Shown here in pieces: positions 18,182-26,337 of a stretch of 32,000 bases of DNA; within the stretch, counting starts at the first letter, position 1, and every line of letters starts with the position of its first letter. Below the pieces are notes generated by a model. That model saw only the letters and a program-made list of their open reading frames with translations, was not told where the DNA came from and did not search any database. The stretch comes from Vibrio vulnificus CMCP6 (lineage in GTDB: Bacteria > Pseudomonadota > Gammaproteobacteria > Enterobacterales > Vibrionaceae). The stretch is taken from assembly GCF_000039765.1 (NCBI RefSeq), contig NC_004459.3, positions 3,106,104 to 3,138,103 of the forward strand. Reading direction: 5' to 3'. The position numbers were made by a program, and so were the translations under genes.

Positions 18182-18537
18182 ACTTGTATCTCCACACTAT
18201 TAATTGGCTCTGTTCCACATCAAGTGTGGATATCAGTACAGTTGCCTATATTACCGCATTTACCGAGCTCGGTACTTCTATGAATATGTGCCGAAACGCA
18301 AACTTTAGCAAGGACTTATTGGATGCGAGAGCAAATATCAAAGGTCACTCTAACAATTTTGTTTTTAAAAGGAGACACTTACTTCGGAGCAATCGTCAGG
18401 AATTTTATCTCCATCATATTTATCACGCTCTAGGCGTACAAACTTTAAGCAAATGTGCAAGAAAAACCACTTAATTTCACGCGTTTGAGTGACAATTTGC
18501 TAACATCAGGGCAGTTGTTCTTAATTGGAATTCGGAT

Positions 18538-20907
18538 TTGACCATCACTCACGGTTTTGTCTTAACTCGACATGCACGCGATCGCTTTTCAGGCACTCAA
18601 ATTGAACTGTGGCTCTCGACAGAAGATGGGCCGCACCAATTGCTTATTGATGGCGAAAAACCGGTGTTTTTCATCGATGATACTCAGCGTGAAGATGCCC
18701 AACGCTTAGCAAGTGAACACCATCCCGATGTTAAAGTGGAATTCAAACCTCTTCCATTGAAAGACTTCTCACACACCCCTATGGCAGCGTGTTACTGTCA
18801 AACCAATCGAGATGCTTATACCCTCTCATCATTACTTACTCAACACGACATTACGGTGTTGGAGTCAGACATTCGCCTTGCCGATCGCTACTTAATGGAA
18901 CGCTTTATCCGCGGATCTTTGGCGTTTACTGGTACTTTTAAAACGCAAAATGCCCATGTTCAAGTCACCAATGCCAAGTGTCGGCAAGGGGATTACACGC
19001 CAACGCTTAAAATGGTTTCACTCGATTTAGAGTGTTCAGAAAAAGGGATTCTTTATTCCATCGGTTTAGATAGCCCGATGGATAGCCGAGTGATCATGAT
19101 TGGTGAGCCCGAAGCGGCCGACACACCCATTCAGTGGGTCCAAGATGAAAAACAATTACTGCTTGCTTTGATTGCTTGGTTTGAGCAATTTGACCCAGAT
19201 GTTATCGTCGGCTGGAATGTCATTGATTTTGACTTTCGATTACTGCAAAAGCGCGCAGAGTGGCATCAGTTGAAACTGACTCTCGGCCGAGGCAACCAAA
19301 CTAGCTATTTCCGCTCATCGAGCCAAAGCCAACAGGCATTTATTACCATTCCCGGCCGCGTTGTCCTAGATGGCATTGATACCTTAAAAACCGCCACCTA
19401 CCACTTTCGTTCTTGGTCGTTGGAGTCGGTTTCACGAGAACTATTGGGCGAAGGTAAAGCGATTCACAATGTGCACGATCGCATGGCCGAAATTAATCAC
19501 ATGTTTCGCCACGACAAGCCTTCCCTCGCGAAATACAACTTACAAGATTGCGTCTTGGTCAATCGTATTTTCGCTCACACTCATCTGCTCGAGTACGTGA
19601 TTGAACGGTCTAAATTAACGGGCGTCGAACTGGATCGTGTCGGGGGCTCTGTGGCGGCCTTTACCAACCTCTACCTACCGCAATTGCATCGCGCAGGTTA
19701 CATTGCGCCCAATTTACAGCCTGAGAATTGGGTTGCGAGCCCTGGTGGTTACGTTATGGACTCGCTGCCCGGACTTTACGATTCTGTTTTAGTGCTCGAT
19801 TTTAAGAGTCTTTATCCATCGATTATTCGATCGTTTCTGATCGACCCACTTGGGTTAGTTGAAGGGCTTAAATTAGAAAGTGGCAAAGCGCCACACCAAG
19901 CCGTTCCGGGCTTTCGTGGTGGCCAGTTTCATCGCACTAAGCACTTTCTGCCCGAGATGATCGAGACATTGTGGCATGCTCGAGATGTCGCGAAACGCAA
20001 CAACGACAAAGCCTTCTCTCAAGCAATTAAGATCATCATGAACTCATTTTATGGGGTACTTGGCTCATCGGGCTGCCGTTTTTTTGATACTCGGTTGGCC
20101 TCAAGCATCACGATGCGCGGGCATGAGATCATGAAGCAGACAAAATTGCTGATTGAACAGCAGGGCTATCAAGTCATTTATGGTGACACGGACTCAACCT
20201 TTGTTTCGCTCAATGGTCGTTTCGAGCAGCCAGAAGCCGATGCAATTGGTCGCCAATTGGTTAGCCTGATTAACCAATGGTGGAAGCAACATCTTGAGCA
20301 AGAGTTCAATTTAAACTCCATCCTTGAACTTGAATACGAAACCCACTATCGCAAATTTTTGATGCCAACCATCCGTGGCGCCGAAACAGGCTCGAAGAAA
20401 CGGTATGCAGGATTGATTCAACAAGGCAGCGAAGAGAGAATCGTATTTAAAGGCTTAGAAAGTGCGAGAACGGACTGGACGCCATTGGCACAACGTTTCC
20501 AGCACCAACTCTATATGATGATCTTTCACGACCAAGATCCGACTGACTATGTGCGTGAGATGGTTGAACAAACTCGAGCGGGGGCATTTGATGATGAGCT
20601 GGTCTATCAAAAACGCTTACGCAGAAAACTCAGTGACTATCAGAAAAACGTTCCGCCTCAAGTTCGGGCGGCAAGAATGGCCGACGAAATCAATGCGCGC
20701 TTAGGGCGACCACTTCAATATCAAAATCGAGCACGTATTGAGTATCTCATTACGCTCAATGGGCCAGAACCCAAGGAATACCAATCCAGCGCGATCGATT
20801 ACCAACATTATGTCGATAAACAGCTCAAACCGGTTGCCGATGCCATTCTACCTTTTATTGGTAAAGACTTTAGCCAGTTAGCCGATGCGCAATTAGGTCT
20901 TTTCTAA
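18538..20907 (+). CDS. polB: DNA polymerase II (family B)
   Basis: 789 aa. The N-terminus MTITHGFVLTRHARD aligns with E. coli PolB MAQAGFILTRHWRD. Exo motifs (SLDLEC; GWNVIDFDF) and pol motifs (DFKSLYPSII; KIIMNSFYGVLG; YGDTDSTFV) are present. The start is an apparent TTG with only a weak SD. Confidence 0.93.
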   Translation: MTITHGFVLTRHARDRFSGTQIELWLSTEDGPHQLLIDGEKPVFFIDDTQREDAQRLASEHHPDVKVEFKPLPLKDFSHTPMAACYCQTNRDAYTLSSLLTQHDITVLESDIRLADRYLMERFIRGSLAFTGTFKTQNAHVQVTNAKCRQGDYTPTLKMVSLDLECSEKGILYSIGLDSPMDSRVIMIGEPEAADTPIQWVQDEKQLLLALIAWFEQFDPDVIVGWNVIDFDFRLLQKRAEWHQLKLTLGRGNQTSYFRSSSQSQQAFITIPGRVVLDGIDTLKTATYHFRSWSLESVSRELLGEGKAIHNVHDRMAEINHMFRHDKPSLAKYNLQDCVLVNRIFAHTHLLEYVIERSKLTGVELDRVGGSVAAFTNLYLPQLHRAGYIAPNLQPENWVASPGGYVMDSLPGLYDSVLVLDFKSLYPSIIRSFLIDPLGLVEGLKLESGKAPHQAVPGFRGGQFHRTKHFLPEMIETLWHARDVAKRNNDKAFSQAIKIIMNSFYGVLGSSGCRFFDTRLASSITMRGHEIMKQTKLLIEQQGYQVIYGDTDSTFVSLNGRFEQPEADAIGRQLVSLINQWWKQHLEQEFNLNSILELEYETHYRKFLMPTIRGAETGSKKRYAGLIQQGSEERIVFKGLESARTDWTPLAQRFQHQLYMMIFHDQDPTDYVREMVEQTRAGAFDDELVYQKRLRRKLSDYQKNVPPQVRAARMADEINARLGRPLQYQNRARIEYLITLNGPEPKEYQSSAIDYQHYVDKQLKPVADAILPFIGKDFSQLADAQLGLF

Positions 20908-23000
20908 TCCACTTCCACGACTGGAGTGAGTCGGTTGGCGTTGATGCAGTATTGGATAAATGAGTTGTGTTGCAATGAACGGCTGTAATACCAGCCCTGT
21001 ATCGAGATGTGCTCTTTCGCGGGAATGTGGTTCAATTGCTGTTGCGATTCAACCCCTTCAATAACCACTTCTAGTCCCAGTTGCTCGGCCACAGAAAGAA
21101 GGCTCATGAACACTTTTTTTCCTTTCTCGTTATCAAGTGCCAAAACAAAGGAACGATCGACTTTAATCGCGTCGACTTCAAATCGATTGAGGTAAGACAA
21201 CGAGGAGAAACCCGTCCCAAAGTCATCAATATACACCGCTACGCCCAATTGATGTAGCAGGTTAAAAGAACGCGCCAGTACCTGCTCATCCACCAGCAAC
21301 GTCTCTTCGGTGATTTCAATGTGTACTTGTGACGCGACAGGAGCCAAAATGTATTCCAGTTTATCCATACACTCTTGGTCAGCAAGAAAAGCAGGGGTAA
21401 GGTTGATGCTAACAGGCACATACAAGCCAATGCGGTTCCACTCTTGAATGTCTTTTGCGACCGTTTTCAGCACCCAAAGATCCACATCTTTCATCAAGCC
21501 CGCTTCTTCGAGCCATGGCAAGAACGTACCGGGATACACCAGCGTGCCATCGGGTTCGATAGCTCGAATTAACGCTTCACAACCAACCACACGGCCGGTT
21601 TGATGAGAAACTTGCGGTTGATATTCCAGGCAAAACTCTTTGCTACCAATGTGCTCTAATCGTTGTTCAACTTCCTGAGCACGGCGAGCGCGATCATTTG
21701 CAGTCGCAATGGGGTCATCTTTTAATGTGTCCGCTTCTTCTCTGCGTCTCACGTACACCGTATCAAGAAAATCAATTTTGATTTCGCGATTGCTGTACAA
21801 CCGATTGAGGTTTCTCACCGATGGATAGTAGATCACCACACCAACGGCAATGTTAAAGAGTTGCAGCAGCACCCCACCCCAGTCACCAGATGTTGCTAAC
21901 CACGCGTTAATAATAATTGGCGCATTAAAAGGCACACTTGCGCTTGGCACGTTGATAACACCGACTTCAATCGCAAGCAAGGTCGTCACCACGTGCACCG
22001 CCGGTGTTAAAAAAAACGGTAAAAACATACGTGGATTCAAAATAATGGGCAGACCAAACAGCAAAATTTCATTGACGTTAATTAAGCCAATAGGGATAGA
22101 GGCGATCGCTATTAATTTGAGACTTTTCTGCTTCGCAAACAATAACATGGCGATGACTAATGACAGTGTTGCTCCGCTCCCTCCAATGAAGACAAAGGTC
22201 CCCATCATGGAAAGGTTCATCGCATAATGTCCTTCACCTCCGGCGACAAAGGTGGAATAGTTCAACGAACTTGCTTGCTGTAACAGCTCAACCAGTGGCA
22301 ACAGTGCGTAGTAACCGTGAACACCGAGGAACCATAACAACGAGTTCATCGCGGCAAAGGTGATACCAAACTCATACGGCTCATTGGCATAATCGAGTTG
22401 TACTAATTTCAACCCATCACCAAAGCTGATCATGCTGAATATTAAGTAATTAATCACCACGACAATAAACGCAGTTAGCAGTGCGGGTAAAACAAGATTC
22501 AACGATTCTTTGACCAGCTTACCTCCACTGTCGGAGTTGGTGATGCGCAATTGAGGCACGTGCAGCAAATGCGCCAAGATAGGAATCGCGTACAGCGGCG
22601 TCACAATCGCAATGACGATGTGAAACATTTTCAACGTGTCATCAGCGGGTACGACATGACCAACAATAAGGAGAAAAATAATCGAAAGTAGGGCCATCGG
22701 TGGGCGAGCTAATTTCCATTGCATCGCCAGCACATAAGAGATGGTCGCCGTCATAAGATAGGGAAAAAACGCCGCAATCGCGTTATGCACATCATACAGT
22801 GCATTGATCCAGCCACTTCGACCACCGCCAACAAACTCCCCCATACTGGCAAAGAACAGCGCAAAAGCCGATAACATCAAACAGGGAATCAGCCAAATCA
22901 TCCCTTCGCGAATTGCCTGCAATGATGGGGCGAGTCGTTTGCTCACCTTCTTCAAATTGATGCCAACGACCGTCCACGATAAGCTTGCCTGCTTTTCCAT
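20904..23000 (-). CDS. Polytopic membrane protein with a PTS-EIIC-like N-terminal domain fused to an EAL c-di-GMP phosphodiesterase domain
   Basis: 698 aa. Residues ~25-400 (nt 21801-22928) are highly hydrophobic, multi-pass and EIIC-like by my recognition. Residues ~445-690 (nt 20946-21668) form an EAL domain with CEALIR, SINL, EITEE, DDFGTGFSSLSYL, KVDRSF, EGVE and QGW motifs. Confidence 0.85.
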   Translation of the reverse strand: MEKQASLSWTVVGINLKKVSKRLAPSLQAIREGMIWLIPCLMLSAFALFFASMGEFVGGGRSGWINALYDVHNAIAAFFPYLMTATISYVLAMQWKLARPPMALLSIIFLLIVGHVVPADDTLKMFHIVIAIVTPLYAIPILAHLLHVPQLRITNSDSGGKLVKESLNLVLPALLTAFIVVVINYLIFSMISFGDGLKLVQLDYANEPYEFGITFAAMNSLLWFLGVHGYYALLPLVELLQQASSLNYSTFVAGGEGHYAMNLSMMGTFVFIGGSGATLSLVIAMLLFAKQKSLKLIAIASIPIGLINVNEILLFGLPIILNPRMFLPFFLTPAVHVVTTLLAIEVGVINVPSASVPFNAPIIINAWLATSGDWGGVLLQLFNIAVGVVIYYPSVRNLNRLYSNREIKIDFLDTVYVRRREEADTLKDDPIATANDRARRAQEVEQRLEHIGSKEFCLEYQPQVSHQTGRVVGCEALIRAIEPDGTLVYPGTFLPWLEEAGLMKDVDLWVLKTVAKDIQEWNRIGLYVPVSINLTPAFLADQECMDKLEYILAPVASQVHIEITEETLLVDEQVLARSFNLLHQLGVAVYIDDFGTGFSSLSYLNRFEVDAIKVDRSFVLALDNEKGKKVFMSLLSVAEQLGLEVVIEGVESQQQLNHIPAKEHISIQGWYYSRSLQHNSFIQYCINANRLTPVVEVD

Positions 23001-23098
23001 GTGCTGATCCTGTAATCGCCTTCACCTTTTAAAGTTAGCACAGAACAGCAGATAGACTACATTAGTAATCACTAAATCATCAATTGAGAACGGTATGA

Positions 23099-23866
23099 TT
23101 AGCCGATTTTAAATTCCGTTTTTTGATATTGCTTCACTAGCCACTCACCAAACCCATCCAATAGCCCTATAACCGAACGTTTGGGAATGGCTTGACCCGC
23201 CAACAATATCGTTAGACGACGAATCTCGACTTCTTTTTCTGGATGGTATTGAAGGAATTGGCGGCCACACTCTAATGGGTCGTCGTACCAACGCTGATCT
23301 TTGTACATCACCAATGAATAGCTTGCCCGCAAAAGTTTTTTAGCGATGACCTTTTGCGGTTCAATTTGTTGCTCAACGGAAGTCGCGCGAGCAATTTTGT
23401 TGCGATATACCGCAAGCCAATCCTCGACATCCATATTCCAATGCTTAGCGATTTCCCAACTAGGAACATATTCACCAAAACACTCCGCAAGATCACTACC
23501 ATACACACAGACACAGCAGTGTTTGAGCATAAAGCCCCAAGTAAAAAGACTGTCTAAAGAAGCAATGTCTCGTACTTCCGCCGTTTTTACCGCCACTCCG
23601 GTCACTTGGGGAAAACTTTTTTGCACGCGCCATTTCAACGTGTTAAATACCGTGGCTCTTTGCTCGGTAAATGGACGATGGGTAACCACAACAATATCGA
23701 GATTCGACTTGCCTTCCTGCGCCGTTTTCCTTGCGACACTGCCATAAACATAGACGCTGTGGAGGTTGTCTCCCAAGCCACTTTTTAGGCACATCAATAC
23801 ATCTTTGATAACGGGCTCAAATTTCGCTTGGAAAGGTTGTTTGGGATCGATAACAGGTAGAGTCAT
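23099..23866 (-). CDS. Nucleotidyltransferase-fold protein, AadA/ANT(3'')-like two-domain architecture (function unknown)
   Basis: 255 aa. The Pol-beta NTase signature region is VYVYGSVARKTAQEGKSNLDIVVVT (G42-S43...D57-I-V59). The helical C-terminal half, LLRASYSLVMYKDQRWYDDPLECGRQFLQYHPEKEVEIRR, parallels AadA LSRIWYSAVTGKIAPKDVAADWAMERLPAQYQPVILEAR. Confidence 0.75.
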   Translation of the reverse strand: MTLPVIDPKQPFQAKFEPVIKDVLMCLKSGLGDNLHSVYVYGSVARKTAQEGKSNLDIVVVTHRPFTEQRATVFNTLKWRVQKSFPQVTGVAVKTAEVRDIASLDSLFTWGFMLKHCCVCVYGSDLAECFGEYVPSWEIAKHWNMDVEDWLAVYRNKIARATSVEQQIEPQKVIAKKLLRASYSLVMYKDQRWYDDPLECGRQFLQYHPEKEVEIRRLTILLAGQAIPKRSVIGLLDGFGEWLVKQYQKTEFKIG

Positions 23867-24098
23867 TAATCGGATACGAAGTTGATAATTCTAAGAAACG
23901 CCCAATCTTCGCTTAGCTTACACGAGGAATCAAGCCTTGAGTGCGCAACTGATCTCGGTCGTCGCGACATTCAGATACAAGAGTAAGACTTTGGTGCGCA
24001 AATAGACAAGTTATTCGATTCCAGTACTCGCAAGTTACGCAGAGTTGAGTATATAATTCGGCGATTTTGATCAACCCTAAAACGCGATAGGAACTGAT

Positions 24099-24665
24099 AT
24101 GCCAAAGGCAAGTGAAATTAAAAAAGGTTTTGCAATTGAATCTAACGGCAAAACCCTTCTGGTTAAAGACATCGAAGTAACAACTCCAGGTGGCCGTGGT
24201 GGTTCTAAGATCTACAAAATGCGTTGTACCGATCTAGCAACTGGCGCTCGCGTCGAAGAGCGTTACAAATCTGATGACGTGGTAGAAACGGTGGAAATGA
24301 ACAAAAAAGCTGTGTCATTTTCTTACGTCGACGGCGATGACTACATCTTCATGGATAACGCAGACTACTCTCAATACGTTTTCAAACACGCTGACGTTGA
24401 AGATGATCTGTTGTTCATCAACGAAGATACTCAAGGTATCCACGTTATCCTAGTTAACGGTGAATCCGTAGGCCTAGAGCTTCCTTCATCTGTTGAACTT
24501 GTGATTGAAGAGACCGATCCATCAATCAAAGGCGCTTCTGCATCTGCTCGTACTAAACCTGCTCGCCTATCAACTGGCTTAGTAGTACAAGTACCTGAGT
24601 ACATTGCAACAGGTGATCGCGTGATCATCAACACGGCAGAACGTAAGTACATGAGCCGAGCGTAA
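24099..24665 (+). CDS. yeiP: Elongation factor P-like protein YeiP (EfpL)
   Basis: 188 aa. MPKASEIKKGFAIESNGKTLLVKDIEVTTPGGRGGSKIYKMRCTDL... and ...KGASASARTKPARLSTGLVVQVPEYIATGDRV are collinear with E. coli YeiP. The loop-tip Arg sits in PGGRGGS. Confidence 0.93.
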   Translation: MPKASEIKKGFAIESNGKTLLVKDIEVTTPGGRGGSKIYKMRCTDLATGARVEERYKSDDVVETVEMNKKAVSFSYVDGDDYIFMDNADYSQYVFKHADVEDDLLFINEDTQGIHVILVNGESVGLELPSSVELVIEETDPSIKGASASARTKPARLSTGLVVQVPEYIATGDRVIINTAERKYMSRA

Positions 24666-24667
24666 GC

Positions 24668-24988
24668 ATGGCAGATTTAATCTCTTACGATGATGCGATA
24701 GACGCGGCTTACGACATTTTTCTCGAAATGGCGCCTGATAACCTAGAGCCAGTCGATGTCATTCTGTTTACTGCACAATTTGATGATCGTGGCGCTGCTG
24801 AGCTGGTTGATATCAGCGATGATTGGGCTGGTCACGTTGGCTTTGACGTTGACAAAGAGATCTACGCAGAAGTACGCATTGGTCTCGTTAATGAAGAAAA
24901 TGATGTCCTAGACGATGTGTTTGCTCGCATGCTGATTAGCCGCGATCCAGACCAAAAGTTCTGTCACATTCTCTGGAAACGAGATTAA
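24668..24988 (+). CDS. yciU: YciU / HI1450-family putative dsDNA-mimic protein
   Basis: 106 aa, acidic. AYDIFLEMAPDNLEPVDVILFTAQFDDRGAAELVD...DVFARMLISRDPDQKFCHILWKRD aligns with E. coli YciU ([33 protein letters not shown]...[23 protein letters not shown]). It starts 2 nt after the yeiP stop. Confidence 0.88.
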   Translation: MADLISYDDAIDAAYDIFLEMAPDNLEPVDVILFTAQFDDRGAAELVDISDDWAGHVGFDVDKEIYAEVRIGLVNEENDVLDDVFARMLISRDPDQKFCHILWKRD

Positions 24989-24993
24989 GAAGC

Positions 24994-25023
24994 AAAAAAG
25001 GCTTGCCAATGGCAAGCCTTTTC
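24994..25023. terminator. Bidirectional terminator between convergent yciU and rluB
   Basis: An A-run, then GGCTTGCC (25000-25007), a 3-nt loop, GGCAAGCC (25011-25018) and TTTT. Confidence 0.85.
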
Positions 25024-25039
25024 ATTTCTGCTCGTTCTC

Positions 25040-26002
25040 TTAGCGCTGTGGCTTAGAGCGGCTACCCGCTTGGTTGCGGCTATTGGTTTTGTTTGTTTGA
25101 CCATCGGCCTTACTTGGCTTGCGTCGTGCCGCATTGTTGCTGCGACCTTTTGGCGTACTCACGCGCTCTTCATGACGTTTTACCGCGCGGCGAATCTTCT
25201 GACTACGGGCACGGTCACGCTTACGTGATGAGTTATTCAACTCAATCATGGTCTCTTTCTCTGGACGAAGCTCTACCAACTCGCGTAGGTAGTTCACGTC
25301 TTTCAGCTCAAGCTCCATCCAACCGCCACGTGGCAGTTTCTTATCAAGATAAATGTCACCATAACGTACACGTTTTAAGCGGCTTACTGTGCAATCCTGA
25401 GATTCCCAAAGACGACGAACCTCACGGTTACGACCTTCATTGATCACCACGTAAAACGTATGGTTCATACCTTCACCGCCAGTATAAACCACGTCTTCAA
25501 AGCGAGCTAAACCATCATCGAGCTCAACGCCGTTAACGAGGTTACGTACCTTGTGCTCATTCACTTCGCCAAACACGCGAACTAGGTATTCACGTTCAAC
25601 TTGACGACTTGGGTGCATTAGGCGATTTGCCAATTCACCATCAGTGGTAAAAAGCAACAAACCAGAGGTGTTTGCATCAAGACGACCAACAGAGATCCAG
25701 CGAGAGCCACGGATTTTTGGTAGACGATCAAAAACAGTACGGCGACCTTCTGGGTCGTGACGCGTACAGAGCTCACCTTCAGGTTTGTAGTATGCCAACA
25801 CTCGGCAAATCACCTCTTCCTGAGCTTTCACGGACACAACGTGACCATCGATGCGCACTACTGCTTGCTCATCTTCTAGTCGTTCGCCCAGTTTCGCGAC
25901 GATACCGTTCACACTCACACGTCCTGATTTGATTAATGCTTCCAATTCACGACGTGAGCCATGACCAGCTCGTGCCAAAACTTTCTGTAATTTTTCGTTC
26001 AT
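25040..26002 (-). CDS. rluB: 23S rRNA pseudouridine(2605) synthase
   Basis: 320 aa. It has an S4 domain ([33 protein letters not shown]), the RsuA-family catalytic motif [17 protein letters not shown], and a long Arg/Lys-rich C-terminal tail. Confidence 0.93.
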   Translation of the reverse strand: MNEKLQKVLARAGHGSRRELEALIKSGRVSVNGIVAKLGERLEDEQAVVRIDGHVVSVKAQEEVICRVLAYYKPEGELCTRHDPEGRRTVFDRLPKIRGSRWISVGRLDANTSGLLLFTTDGELANRLMHPSRQVEREYLVRVFGEVNEHKVRNLVNGVELDDGLARFEDVVYTGGEGMNHTFYVVINEGRNREVRRLWESQDCTVSRLKRVRYGDIYLDKKLPRGGWMELELKDVNYLRELVELRPEKETMIELNNSSRKRDRARSQKIRRAVKRHEERVSTPKGRSNNAARRKPSKADGQTNKTNSRNQAGSRSKPQR

Positions 26003-26096
26003 TTATCTACCTAAATTGTCGTCTTCTCAGACGTCTTAGTCTTACCAAGCTAGACCCGTTTACAATGTCTACCCGATGCTCGGAATCGAGGCGCCG

Positions 26097-26125
26097 ATTA
26101 TACGGGAAAATTTCATTCAATGTAA
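26097..26125 (-). promoter_or_regulatory. Putative sigma70 promoter for rluB
   Basis: On the minus strand: TTACAT (26125-26120), 17 bp spacer, TATAAT (26102-26097). This would give a leader of roughly 85-90 nt. The call is pattern-based only. Confidence 0.4.
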
Positions 26126-26337
26126 GATCTCCCCTTCGACGAGCTGTGGAAAACTGCGCATATCCATCCGTGATATCGAGTCAGTTAACCATCTAAGAGT
26201 ATTAGAAATACCATACTCCACCACCACCAATTTCCTACTTTGGTTCATGGGTCTACTTTTCGGACACTGATAAAATTATCAAGCAATTTTATGTAACGCT
26301 TGCAGTCAATATCATCACAAAACAAAAGGAATAATCT

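Noticed and set aside
18226-18241. Possible LexA (SOS) box GTGG-ATATCAGT-ACAG upstream of polB/uvrY
   Set aside because: Only the right half-site matches CTGT-N8-ACAG, and the left half has 2 of 4 matches. It lies about 300 bp from the polB start. It is too weak to call.
18184-18474. A 96-aa TTG-start ORF in the uvrY-polB intergenic region
   Set aside because: It has no SD and an unprotein-like composition, and it spans the probable divergent promoters. I treat the region as regulatory, as described in the findings.
23240-23263. An R-x5-H motif (R202-QFLQY-H208) in the C-terminal half of the nucleotidyltransferase. It would suggest a fused MNT-HEPN toxin-antitoxin-like protein.
   Set aside because: The segment aligns by eye with the AadA C-terminal helical domain (MERLPAQYQ region), which is not an RNase. 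A single Rx4-6H match is expected by chance.
25936-26270. 86-aa and 64-aa plus-strand ORFs upstream of the RTX gene
   Set aside because: They begin inside rluB in antisense and run through its predicted promoter and leader. They have no SD and no recognisable motifs.
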